Shown piece by piece: positions 1-12,959 of a DNA stretch of 25,312 nucleotides. Each line of letters begins with the position of its first letter. The stretch's first letter is position 1. A program made the position numbers and the translations under genes. The notes beneath the pieces were generated by a model. The model made no database searches. It was not told the DNA's origin and worked only from the letters and a program-made list of their open reading frames with translations. The DNA lies in NCBI GenBank assembly GCA_024626585.2, contig JANKJI020000004.1, positions 6,649,541 to 6,674,852 on the forward strand, read 5' to 3'. The DNA comes from Ginkgo biloba. Its lineage: Eukaryota > Plantae > Ginkgophyta.

Positions 1-549
1 TAGGGGTGTAATTAGGATTTGTTTAGATGCATATTATTTAAAAATATTTTATGTATTAGGATTACCATTACAAAATATAATATTGAGGCTTGAAATATTT
101 CTTTACATTTCTAAAAGGGGTTTTATAATACCAATTGATCAAGGATAAACCAACATTTATATAATCCTCCTATGTTAGGAGTAATCATTTATAAGAAATA
201 TTTAAAAACTACAAAGGGGATTCACTTTGACTAAGGACCCATATAATTGCATTAGAAAGTCATATTTACTTTCTATACCATTTACAAACACAACATCTTT
301 ATGATGATAAGGTCTTACAAGTCTTATAGATTGATGACTTTATCTAAATAAAACATTGAAGTACCACAATAAACTTGGAAAAATTCTTAGAATTTGAGCT
401 AACTATTTTTTCAAACATATTTTTTTATGCTCTAATTTTGTGGGATATGCACATTTATGATTGATGTGTGCATAATGATTTTAAGAAATGATATTTTTTG
501 TTAACACTATATTTTACCTAGTCATCTAATTCTCTTGACTAACTAATTA

Positions 550-1050
550 TTCAATAAAGTTTTGACTTTAATCAAGGAGTTTGGTCTTAATTGTGTTGGA
601 AGCTTTATCATGCCACATGTGCATTTACTTAAGGGAAGGGATAATAACACACCATTATCCATGAGTCGTTGGAATTAAATAAACATATGTTACCTCAATA
701 TGAATGAGTGATTATGGGATGCAAATGAGATCAATAAACTTCACAATCTTTTCTTAATAAATTGATGCCCAATTTGTATATTGCATTTAATAATGTTTGT
801 ACAAATACAATATCATCTTTAAGGATTGATACCTATTATATTCTCCGCACTCTTTTCTTAAAACATGTATAAGGAATTATCCTTGGTAAAGATAGACATT
901 AACTCTCTATATAAACTATGGAATTTTTTTGTTAAAAAATGGTCTTTAATCATCTGAGAGATAGAGCGTATTAATTTATATTATGGCTATTTCATACAAT
1001 GTAGTCCAATTTAGTTATATATTTTTTCTAGGGCATTAATTTTTAGGGTC
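550..1050 (-). mobile_element. Possible very old LINE-like RT remnant
   Basis: Scattered minus-strand words (DPK, RP, LPRII, DDIVFVQ) fall in roughly L1 RT order but are heavily degenerate. Confidence 0.2.
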
Positions 1051-4000
1051 CAAAAAAAAAAAAAAAAAATTATAGGAGATGAAGCACATACTACTTTGTC
1101 TTTGATAATAAGCCCATATGAGTATTACCTTTGATAAGCATGTATGGGCATAACATTTTAAACTTAGATCATTAGAAGGTAGGTCAAATGCACCTATGAA
1201 TCCCCCACCTAATCTCTTTTCTTTCATGTTTTATAACCTGAGGAGATGACCTTAAGAGAATCTATTATTGGTGTGGATATATGCACTTATGTGAATGTTA
1301 GGGTTCAATTGAGGATAAGGTCACATTTATTATGGTATATCTATGTTTATTTTATATACTTTTCTTCAAAAGTAATTAAGGGTCATGGCAAGTTTGACCT
1401 CAATTGTGATTGTTATTAAATAAGAGAAACTTAATTGGCACTTCTCTTATTCATCATCCATGTTCTCTTATCTCTTGGTTCTTGATATACTATTGCTCTT
1501 TTATCTTAGCAATGTGATAAATTAGCAATATAACAATAATCTATTGACATCAAATATACATATGCATGTGAAAATCCCTTATAGTGATTATAATCATATT
1601 ATTCAGATTAAAGTTGGAAACACATTATCAATAAAGTATCTTTGTTATTTTTTTAATGAATAATGACAGTAAAAAGATAGAATATAGTCTAAACAAGTAA
1701 TGAGATGGATAGAGTGTTATCCATAGATCTAAAAAATCAATGAGAAGGGAGAAATTTTTAATATTGAATCACATACTAGCTTAATTTGGAAGGACTTTAG
1801 AAACTTTTCTTTTTTATCGAGATATTATTTCTTTGTCATTTGGATACACTTATCAATCTATAATGTAATTGGGAATGATAAGCTAGGCATTATATTGTAA
1901 GAGATAAAACACTATATGATTAACTCCCATAATATGAGAACAAGGGACAAATGATTAAGTGGACAATTAAAAGATGAACTATACAAATGATGAAGACTAT
2001 ATAAAAAATAACAAAAATGAAGGGTGGAGGGCCTCATCTTGTAACTTAGAACATTCCTTAGATGATTCCATAATGGTGTGGAGATGGTAGAGACCATAAG
2101 AATAATGAAACTAATTCTATGTTTTGCATTTCATTTTCATTTTGTGTTTGTAGTAGATTTCATAGATTAATTTATTAAAGGAGGTGTATGAATAAATTTC
2201 TAACTATTTATGATCCAACATTTTATATGAATGGATTTTTGAACTACCTAGGGACCTTTTTTATATGGAACATTTTGTATTTTTTATAATTTAACCAGAC
2301 TGACTCCTAACGTTTAGGGATAAATATTTTTGGGAGATTTTCGTGTAAAGACAAATTCAAAAATAATATTTAGAGACCCATGATTAAAAGTAATCATGTT
2401 TCAAGGTTCTTCTTAACTATCAATATCATTTTCGTTGCATTGTATTATAATGTGATTTCAAATTTGGTTTGTAAAGAATCCCCTACGAAGCTCANNNNNN
2501 NNNNNNNNNNNNNNNNNNNNNNTTGTAAAACATAATTCCACACACATACACTTTTATAGTGTGATCACTTTATGCTTACACATACTTTTGAAATACCTAA
2601 TGTAAAGGCAATTGCATTATTACTCAAAGGAGCCTACTATTCACCATATTGAGGATATTTGCATATTGTTGGAGTATCTAGTTCAAAGTTTATGGAATCT
2701 ACTTTGAAGTCATGCATGGTTTTATTAATTACGATGGTATTTTTTATATAAATTATTACTCATTATACTTGTGAATTCTAATGGAAGACTTTTCTATATA
2801 CAGATAAGTAAAAATAATAATAGAACTGCATAATAATGAAAATAGACATAAATAAATAAGGGAAAAATTATGCCTAAGTAACTTGATGCAAACACAATAC
2901 TTGATAATATGTGACTATGAATCTTGATAGTTTTCTCCTCTTAGAACACTTGACCTTTGGTAATTAGAATAAAATTGAGGAATAGGACTATCATGCATTA
3001 ACAACAATATTTACTTTTGAGGTTAAAGCTAAATACATTTATACATTCATAATTCATGTAAATAAAAAACATTATGCTCATAATTTAGAAAAGGCCTTTG
3101 AAGGAAAATATATACTAAAGGGAATAAATGATAGTAAAGATAAATGATACCAACTCCAAGTAATCCGTAAGAAAACTATTTGACAAAATGTAGNNNNNNN
3201 NNNNNNNNNNNNNNNNNNNNNNNNNNNNNNNNNNNNNNNNNNNNNNNNNNNNNNNNNNNNNNNNNNNNNNNNNNNNNNNNNNNNNNNNNNNNNNNNNNNN
3301 NNNNNNNNNNNNNNNNNNNNNNNNNNNNNNNNNNNNNNNNNNNNNNNNNNNNNNNNNNNNNNNNNNNNNNNNNNNNNNNNNNNNNNNNNNNNNNNNNNNN
3401 NNNNNNNNNNNNNNNNNNNNNNNNNNNNNNNNNNNNNNNNNNNNNNNNNNNNNNNNNNNNNNNNNNNNNNNNNNNNNNNNNNNNNNNNNNNNNNNNNNNN
3501 NNNNNNNNNNNNNNNNNNNNNNNNNNNNNNNNNNNNNNNNNNNNNNNNNNNNNNNNNNNNNNNNNNNNNNNNNNNNNNNNNNNNNNNNNNNNNNNNNNNN
3601 NNNNNNNNNNNNNNNNNNNNNNNNNNNNNNNNNNNNNNNNNNNNNNNNNNNNNNNNNNNNNNNNNNNNNNNNNNNNNNNNNNNNNNNNNNNNNNNNNNNN
3701 NNNNNNNNNNNNNNNNNNNNNNNNNNNNNNNNNNNNNNNNNNNNNNNNNNNNNNNNNNNNNNNNNNNNNNNNNNNNNNNNNNNNNNNNNNNNNNNNNNNN
3801 NNNNNNNNNNNNNNNNNNNNNNNNNNNNNNNNNNNNNNNNNNNNNNNNNNNNNNNNNNNNNACAATATAGGGTTAAAGAATTTTAGAACAAGGTGCCAAA
3901 AATATATTTATATTCTTATTGCTTAAGGGCATAAGATAGGGGGTAATAATTTATAAAATATTAGCATATATACTTAGAACCCCCCCAAAAATAAAGTATT

Positions 4001-4199
4001 AGAAAATTTGATGTCCTATGTTTGAAGAGGGTTTGGATAGATCCTCCCTCTATGATATACGAGGAAAAGTGTGTGGAATAGAAATATGAAGTGGAGAAAA
4101 GGGGAGGAAGATGAGAAGCATATTGATATGTTATCAACTCAATCAACTACATTTTGTAGTGTTGACAGGTTAGAATGTTATTGTATGAATTAAATAAAT

Positions 4200-4600
4200 G
4201 ATTCCTTCCCTACAATAGCACTTCAATCTACAATAGGTACAAATTCTTTTTGTGATAAGCACGATTGTCCTTATTCCAAAAAAATGCAAAAGAATGTACA
4301 TGAAGGGTGTGATATTTATAGTGGATATTTACAGAAATATTAGATTAATAATTTTGGGAAGGGGGATCTCATAGAGATCAAGCAAATTATATGGTGGGGG
4401 AGGATAAAGAGGAATGGGGAGATTCTAAGAATTATACTATGAAAACAAGTATGAAGGCATCACCAAACTACCAACTTCAATGACGATATAGAAAAGAAGA
4501 AAGGGATGGTACATAGGAGGGTATGAATGAATGAAATAGAGTTGGGGGATAAAATATATACCTTTAAATTGATATGACATCACGATAAAACCCTTCAACC
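4200..4600 (+). mobile_element. Possible very old LINE (L1-like) RT remnant
   Basis: TIVLIPKK at about 4261-4284 resembles the plant L1 RT 'IALIPK' motif. AAATTGATATGAC at about 4566 resembles a broken 'KLDM.KAYD' motif at plausible spacing. There is no sustained reading frame. Confidence 0.3.
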
Positions 4601-6921
4601 TCAACAACATATACATCACAACACTTCAAGAAGAATGGACTTCTCGGCACCCTTTTAAGATAATCTCATGGGTGATAAATGTGAGGTTTCTTTAGGTTAC
4701 TTTAGCGTATGGGAGTAATTTAATACATAAGTTAGCCCAATATGGATGTAATACCNNNNNNNNNNNNNNNNNNNNNNTTCACTTCTAATATCCAACGACA
4801 TCATCAGATGCATATCAAAGAAATAAAGTACTTGATTCTAGTATGGTCATTGGAATCATCATCTTTACTCCTGCACCTTCCCTCTATTGGCCCTTGCAAT
4901 CCATTCTTGCAAAGGTTCTAATGTGCACAAAGGTCATCAACACTAATGGAAGATACTCCAATGAGATATGCTTAAGCCTATGAATAAATAGGGAAAATAA
5001 TTTTTAGATGGTGCCCATACTCCATGTTAGGTGAAAAGTTCAACATCTTGAATGTGGGTTCTATCACTTGGCTTCATGACAGGTGTGTGTATCGCTCTTT
5101 GGATTTGAGGTATGTGGAAGGGCCATCACTTTAATCAATTGTATATNNNNNNNNNNNNNNNNNNNNNNNNNNNNNNNNNNNNNNNNNNNNNNNNNNNNNN
5201 NNNNNNNNNNNNNNNNNNNNNNNNNNNNNNNNNNNNNNNNNNNNNNNNNNNNNNNNNNNNNNNNNNNNNNNNNNNNNNNNNNNNNNNNNNNNNNNNNNNN
5301 NNNNNNNNNNNNNNNNNNNNNNNNNNNNNNNNNNNNNNNNNNNNNNNNNNNNNNNNNNNNNNNNNNNNNNNNNNNNNNNNNNNNNNNNNNNNNNNNNNNN
5401 NNNNNNNNNNNNNNNNNNNNNNNNNNNNNNNNNNNNNNNNNNNNNNNNNNNNNNTGAGTTTGCATTGTTGATTGATCATAAGGCCTTAGGACATGTATTT
5501 AACTACATTTAATTTAATTTTGAGTCTACAGGGTCACAAATAAATGGTGTGTTCCATCAGTTTCCTTGAACTCTTGAATTCTCAAAACCTAAACTTTATT
5601 CGTTTGAGCATAATCTTACTTTGGGCCTACGCGATCGAATGTGAGGAAAAGGGTCAAGAGATACTTTAAAGTTCAGGTTCCCCTCTTTTTGTATTTTATT
5701 AACATTTTGGATTTGTAACACCCTAGGGATTTTGAGAAAAGGCATCTTAAAAAAGTATGGACCTACAAAACCCAAAAAATTGAAAGCCCTGTATCTCTCC
5801 CTTTCTAACCANNNNNNNNNNNNNNNNNNNNNNNNGATTAAGGTATCGCCTTAACTTAGGATCTATCTTACACATATTTTAAAGGCTTAACAACATATAT
5901 AAAGTGATAATTTTAGAGAATTTCTAAGTTCTCTGCGACTTTCGATGACTTCAACTCCTTGGTCTTGGCTCTTTGATAATGCTCCATAATCAAGCTAGGG
6001 AGGAGGATGCTTCTAGCAAGCAATGACTCCCTGGCCTTTGATTCATGATTTTTGCACCCTGTTACTTCCTCATCACATTTCTCCCTTGCTGAGAAAGGGA
6101 GATTTACACCAATTTAGGACCAAGGCATTGCTTTAAATCTTCTTCGAATCCCTTTACCACTCCATTCTCTTCCTACATATAGAACATTGTTTGATTAATT
6201 CCCTGTAGAGAATAACATGAGGATAAGGATGCCCATTTATGAGTAAATCGCTCAATAAGGGAAATATTAGGAATTTAAAATGGTTCTTAAATAGTTCTAG
6301 ATGGATTTAGGCATACCGAAGGAACCTATGATAGATAAATCAAGGTAAAAAAAGGAGGAAAATTGATTCGCGGGTTTTATCTTTTCATGGGGAAGACTTT
6401 GCCAAGGAGAAAAATCAAAATGATGGAATATTATTAAAAGGGGAAAAAGGGTGGGGACTTAATAGGGTTAACATGTATTCCTATAACATTTTAGAATACA
6501 TACTAACAAATAAAGTAAGCTAGCACGGTTATCAAACCATACGAAAATGAACCATATATGACATCTAAAAAATTAATTTGATGTGATACAATCTCCACCA
6601 AATTATATTAAAAATGTAACATAGAAAATTTGTCATAAGAACGACTAATATGAAGGGAAAGAAATTGGGGTATTTTACCTTTAAAGACTAATTAATATTT
6701 TCTAAACTCCCTATAGTCACTAGTGGCTCTAATTATACCTCAACTTTAGTTTGCTAGCTTGCAACTCATCTTGATGACAATATTAAGTCATTAATATGAT
6801 ATAGTTCTATTATTGTGAAAATTTATCTTTAATTGATAGAGTTCTATTTCTTTTTAAATCCTTCTTCAAATTAAATTGAGGAATATCCTTTTGTATAAGG
6901 AAATGAGAACCTTCTCACCTA

Positions 6922-7021
6922 NNNNNNNNNNNNNNNNNNNNNNNNNNNNNNNNNNNNNNNNNNNNNNNNNNNNNNNNNNNNNNNNNNNNNNNNNNNNNNN
7001 NNNNNNNNNNNNNNNNNNNNN
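6922..7021. other. Exactly 100-N gap (probable unknown-size scaffold join) truncating the 5' end of PPR-A
   Basis: Counted 100 N. Coding sequence starts immediately on the right and there is no PPR-like sequence on the left. Confidence 0.85.
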
Positions 7022-9438
7022 TATGCTCGTCGTGGGCGTTATGATGCAGTCCTGAAGCTCTTTGATCTAATGCAACGGGTACCCATAAAGCCAAACAAGT
7101 TGACCTTTGGGAGTGTTCTCATAGCATGTGCTTGTCCGGCAACTTTTGAACAAGGCAAGGCAGTTCATGCCCACATCATAAAATCTGGATTTGGTTCTGA
7201 CATCATCGTGGCAAGTAATCTTGTAGACATGTATGTCAAGTGCATGGGCTTAGAGTTTGCACGCCAAGTGTTTGACGAAATGCCCGAGCGAGATATGGTC
7301 TCGTGGAATTCAGTGATTGCAAGATATGTCCAAATTGGGCATGGACAAGAAGCCCTGCATCTTTTCTGTGAAATGCAGGTGGCAGGTATGAAGCCAGATC
7401 AGTTCACCTTTGCCAGTATTCTTGGCGCATGTGCAAGTCTGACAGATTTGGAACAGGGCAAGCTGTTCCATGCTTGCATCATCAAATCTGGATTGGAGTT
7501 CGATGTTTACATCGGAAATGCTCTTGTTGACATGTATGCTAAATGTGCAAGCATAGATGATGCATATAAAGTATTCAATCACATGCCAACACGAGATTTA
7601 GTGTCTTGGAATTCAATGATTGCTGGATGTGGGCAGAATGGACATGACAAGGAGGCCATGCTACTCTTTTGTCAACTGCTACAAGCAAACATGAAGCCTG
7701 ATCCATTTACGTTCTCCTGCATTCTCAGTGTATGTGCCAAACTAACGGATCTGGAACAGGGCAAGTGGGTTCATGCCTTCATTATCCATTGCGGTCTTCA
7801 ATTAAACATATTTTCCGGAAGTGCTCTTCTTGATATGTATGCGAAATGTGGGAGCATAGAGGATTCACGCAAAGTTTTTGACAGAATGCCCAAAAGAGAT
7901 GCAATATCATGGAGTGCAATTATAGCTGCATATGCACAGCTTGGTTATGGGGAAGAGGCCTTGAAACTCTTTAATNNNNNNNNNNGATGCAGCAGTCAGC
8001 CATGAAGCCGGACCTCTTTAACTTTGCAAGTAGTCTCAGGGCATGTGCTAATCTAGCAAGTCTAGAACAGGGCCAACAGGTTCATGCTCATATCATGAAA
8101 GTAGGAGGCAATTTTGATATTGTTGTTGGGTGTGCCCTTGTTGATATGTATGCCAAATGTGGGAAGATGGAGAAGGGACACAAAGTGTTTGAGGAAATGC
8201 CCGAACAAAATGAAATTTCATGGACTGCAATAATCACAGGNNNNNNNNNNNNNNNNNNNNNNNNNNNNNNNNNNNNNNNNNNNNNNNNNNNNNNNNNNNN
8301 NNNNNNNNNNNNNNNNNNNNNNNNNNNNNNNNNNNNNNNNNNNNNNNNNNNNNNNNNNNNNNNNNNNNNNNNNNNNNNNNNNNNNNNNNNNNNNNNNNNN
8401 NNNNNNNNNNNNNNNNNNNNNNNNNNNNNNNNNNNNNNNNNNNNNNNNNNNNNNNNNNNNNNNNNNNNNNNNNNNNNNNNNNNNNNNNNNNNNNNNCACA
8501 TTTCTGACAGAAATGTGGCCACATGGAACTCAATGATTGCAGGATATGCCCAGCACGGGCATGGCAAGGATGCCCTCAAGCTCTTTGAACAAATGCAAAG
8601 GGTAGGCATGAAGCCAAATGACATCACCTTTGTTAGTGTTCTTTCTGCATGCAGCCATGTAGGCCTAATGGATGAAGGTCGTCGGTACTTTGATTCCATG
8701 AGTCAAGAACATGCTATAATGCCAAGAATGGAGCACTATGCATGCATAGTTGATTCTCTGGGTCGTGCTGGACACCTGGAGGAAGCAGAGAATTTTATCA
8801 GCAAAATGCCTTTTGAACCTGGATCAATGATTTGGAGGACCTTACTTGGTGCTTGTAGGATCCATCAGAATGTGGAACTAGGAAAACGTGCGGCTGAACG
8901 TGTTCTCAACTTTGAACCACAAGATGCTGCGACATATGTGCTGCTGTCAAACATTTATGCCATGTCAGGAAGATGGGATGAGGTGTCAAATGTGAGGAAA
9001 ATGATGAAGGATATTGGGGTTAAAAAGCAACCAGGATGTAGCTGGATAGAGGTCAAGAATAGAATGCATCCATTTTTTGTAGGAGACAAGTCACATCCAC
9101 AGACAGAGGAGATCTATGCAGAGTTGGAGAGATTGATCCAATTACTGAAGGGCGCAGGGTATGTGCCTGACACAAGCTACATGCTGCATGATGTGGAACA
9201 CGAGCAGAAGGAACACTCTCTCCTTCACCACAGTGAGAAGTTGGCTGTCACATTTGGACTTATGAGCATTCCGCTTCAAATGCCTATCCGAGTTGTCAAG
9301 AACCTTCGCATGTGTGGGGACTGTCACACTGCCATCAAATTCATCTGCAAGCTTGTTAAGCGAGAAATCATTGTGAGGGATGCCATTCGCTTCCATCATT
9401 TCAAGGATGGGTTGTGTTCTTGTGGGAACTACTGGTGA
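7022..9438 (+). CDS. PLS-class PPR-E1-E2-DYW protein (organellar C-to-U RNA editing factor), 5'-partial
   Basis: The frame is open from the gap edge (YARRGRYDAVLKLFDLMQ...), so the ATG at 7070 is internal. Regular P(35)-L(35)-S(31) triplets occur five times (one mostly inside a gap), then P2-L2-S2, E1 (SMIWRTLLGACRIH), E2 (ATYVLLSNIYAMSGRWDEV), PG box (PGCSWIEV), SHP, GYVPD, HSEKLA (HxE), KNLRMCGDCH (CxxC) and FHHFKDGLCSCGNYW-stop. ORFs 7070-8005 and 7987-9438 join across a 10-N placeholder where motif length requires only 2 nt. Confidence 0.95.
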
Positions 9439-11051
9439 TTTTAACTGAAACAATGAATGCTAGATTGCCCCTGTAGTTTTAATCAAATTGACATCACCCA
9501 TCCCTTGATTAAGCAATTATTATGGTTTTTGTAAAAGCCTCCTTAGCTCTTTAGTTGGCAAACCAAGTTTCAAGCTACAAAGACGAATCATCCTTGTAGT
9601 CTTGTAAAATCATTCATAATGTTTCCTCAAAGCCTGTTTTTTCGCTACTAAAAATGAGTAATCCTACAGTGGGGTGCAGTTAACCAAACTGGTTCAGCCC
9701 CAAAACACCGAATTACAAGCACTGAACTTGAAGTGAGCCAACTAGCAAGACTCCCAACTAAATGGCCAATGTTTTCATTGATTGTACACACGGAATGCTG
9801 GAAAATATCCAATGGATAACTTTGTGTGATTGATTGAAAAATGAAACAAACTGTTTTAGCTGGACCAACTCCATTTGAGTAGGACTAACTCCAAACAAGG
9901 TATACAAGCCATAATATGACTCAGTAACACAAATGATGACTTCATGAGTGCCATAGGATATAAACCCCCACTTGCACCACAAACCTTAAGCCTCAACTTC
10001 TTTCAGTCTAAACCGAAATGAGCATCCCTAACCCCAATAGGGTGAAAATTATCATTTCTGACACAGAAGCACCAATATTGAGCTAATCCATATTATTTAC
10101 TTATAATATAGACTCTAACAATGTATTACCACTAAAATGGTTCACTGTAGATAGCTCCTCCTTAACATGCTTGATAGTTCGCTCTATAGCACTCCCTTCC
10201 AACATGCTTATTCCTCCCCATATTTGTAGTAATAATATCTTTCAGGAAAGATTGCCACTTTTGCTTCCTTTTGTTTATTGCTACCTTTGTGTCCAAATCC
10301 AAAACTCTCTCTCGAGCTTGATAAAAATGGCAAGGTTGAGCTAGAAGTTAGTGCTTTTAGAACTAGTGAAGCAACTCAATAAGCATTCACAACATTTTTG
10401 TACAGGAACAATGTCAACCACCACATATTCTTAAGCATCCAAGCTAAATGTCTTACAACTTACGACTAGCCTCCTTGCTTGAATTGGGAAGCTCCAAGAA
10501 AGATGTAAATAATAAGTATGAGTTCCATGGACAATAATATCCAATGTCAGATTGAATGCCTCACGGTAAAACCTAGATAGGGTACCTATACATAGTAGTA
10601 CTATTCATCACCTTAGGTTGGTGTAAGTATATTAAGTCAATCTAACAAGCAAACTACCTCAACCTAATTCCTTAGAACTAGCGAGTTGACTTGGCTTGAC
10701 CTAAATGCATTAAATTGAGATAAACAATAATTTGCAGAGTCATGAACATAGTGGTAATATACTTTTGTTTNNNNNNNNNNNAAAAGTGAAACAACCATTC
10801 ACTAGTTGTGAGTACACCAAATGCTCCGTGGTAGGATATGACTCAAAAAGAGGGAAAGCAGAATGGATGTTTTATAAAAAGGACAATAAGGTTGTAGTAA
10901 AATTCAATGTAAATAGGTGCATTTTGGAGCAAGAGTTTTTCATATTAAAAAAAAACATGTCAAGAACTTCACAACAATAACTTGTTTGCAAAACACAAAG
11001 CTTGTATTATGGCCTCTAGAAGTTGGTTTATAAAAATTGTTATGTGATCGA

Positions 11052-11330
11052 TGTGTTAGCTTGCAATTGTTGCATCATTTTTGTGACCAATGCTATAAGA
11101 TTGCAATTGACGTGTTAGCCTACAATTGAGTTGTTAGCCTTGCAACCAATGTGTTAGGCTTGTGACTAGCATGATGGCCTTGTAGGCTAACCCGTCAGTT
11201 GCAATCTTATAGAGCCTTGCAACCAATGTGTTAGGCTTGCGACTATCATGGTGGCCTTGCAACCAAAGTATTAATAATCTTGCAATTGGAGTGTTATCTT
11301 ACAACCAAAGTGTCATCTTGCAATTGGTGA
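11052..11330. repeat. Degenerate ~20-bp minisatellite (consensus approx. TGTGTTAGCCTTGCAACCAA) with an internal inversion and a 47-bp duplication
   Basis: GTGTTAG/CTTGCAA(C/T) units recur. 11093-11125 is inverted at 11180-11212 (31/33 match). 11136-11182 is repeated directly at 11213-11259 (44/47 match). Confidence 0.85.
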
Positions 11331-12959
11331 GTGAGTTTGCAAACAATAGCTTATGAACAACATTAAGAACAAAGTCAAAATTTTAGCAAAGGGAATTTTG
11401 GACCTTTTCATCTAGCTGGATGGAAATCATAATGAGGCAACTAGTCAACAACTCAATGGAAAGTCCAGCCAATGAAGAAGAAATGAATGTAAGTGCCATG
11501 GGCAAAAAACTATAAAATGTTAAATCAATTCTATTAGCTCTTCNNNNNNNNNNNNNNNNNNNNNNNNNNNNNNNNNNNNNNNNNGGCCTTTAGAGCTCTC
11601 TATTTCTCTTTTATTTTTTTGTTTTCCCATACAATGACAAAAATTGTAAATATGCAGTGGTTGGAATAAAAGGCCTTCTTAGATGGAGTTTGATGTTTAT
11701 ATTTTAGGTTTTACATGAAGAAGAATCTATAATTTTTTGTATAGAAATTTTAGAATTTAATCTTAAAAGATTTATTTCCAAAAACTCTAATATTATGCCA
11801 TCATATTGAATTCCTTAGGAAAATATGCGGAGCATATTTTGGTTTCAAAGTTCCAAGTTTGAGTATGTGGCGAATTTGAATCTTATTTTGGCAAGCATGC
11901 TGAGTTGGTTAGAATTCTAATCAATATGACAATGTTACAAACCAGAGAAGCCAAGTTAATCTTATTTGAGGAGTTGTGAAAGAGGACAAGTTTTCTTATG
12001 GGGCTAGTTCTTGTGTATTGTTGTTGATGGGGAGTTCATTGAAGAAAATGTGAAGGAGAGAGTAGGGCCCAAGACGTAATCCAACATAGGGAATCTCCAA
12101 TTAGTTCAAGCATAGTTCTAGCCCATCTCTAAGAGGTTGTGCCTAGGTTTCTTATTTATATAGAGTTTGTTACGAGCTTTAACAACTCTTTTTGCATCAT
12201 TCTGTTCTTTTGGGTTGGGTGACTTTTTTCTCTCTCTTCCTACATTTTGGTTCATTTTTAACTTATCAATGCATTGTTATTCTACTTTATTGATTTTTTG
12301 CACATGTAAGTGCCCAAATCTTAATCTTATTCTCGGGCCAAGGCATCTCAACTAGACCATTTTTATTGGATGGTAGCCATTATTTGAGGTTAAAGAAGAC
12401 CTAAAAGGGTGACGTAAGCCATTTTGGAGGGTTGTGTTGGGTTTTTGTTTGTAGATTTGCATTTCTTGAAGACTTTGGATAGAATGCTCTAGATAAGATT
12501 GCAGAAGGGAGGTATTTTGCTCCATAAGGTTGCTTGGTGTCTTCAGTCGGAGGTTTTCATCTAAGTAAGGCATCGAATCTATGGGTATTCTGTAAACCTT
12601 AATTNNNNNNNNNNNNNNNNNNNNNNNNNNNNNNNNNNNNNNNNNNNNNNTATTTTTTTGTTTTTTTTTTTTTGAAGAAGTGAACAATTGAGAAATAACC
12701 TATTTTGAGTAGGGTTCCTTGGATAATGGGATTAGTTTATTTCATTTCATACATATTTAATGCTTATATGATGTTCGAGAAATGTAATAACTACAGAAAC
12801 AATTTTGTATGCAAGAATTTGCCCTACTCAATTATGAAAACCCTAAAGATTTGTTTAGGGCAATTTGGGCTTCAATCAAAGACCTATTAGGGGATTGGTG
12901 TCATTGACTAAGGGCACCTTTATTTGAGGCTTCATTGAGCCCCATGTGGGCACATTTGC

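Noticed and set aside
4747-5723. LTR-start-like words TGTAATACC (4747) and TGTAACACCC (5714)
   Set aside because: No partner LTR, PBS, PPT or TSD is visible, and the region is broken by gaps.
7310-9453. Antisense ORFs overlapping PPR-A (7310-7582, 8088-8699, 9142-9453), with equivalents over PPR-B
   Set aside because: These are shadow frames of a repetitive coding sequence and have no recognisable motifs.
11052-11330. CRISPR-like array
   Set aside because: The units are contiguous and degenerate with no unique spacers, the context is eukaryotic, and there are no cas genes.
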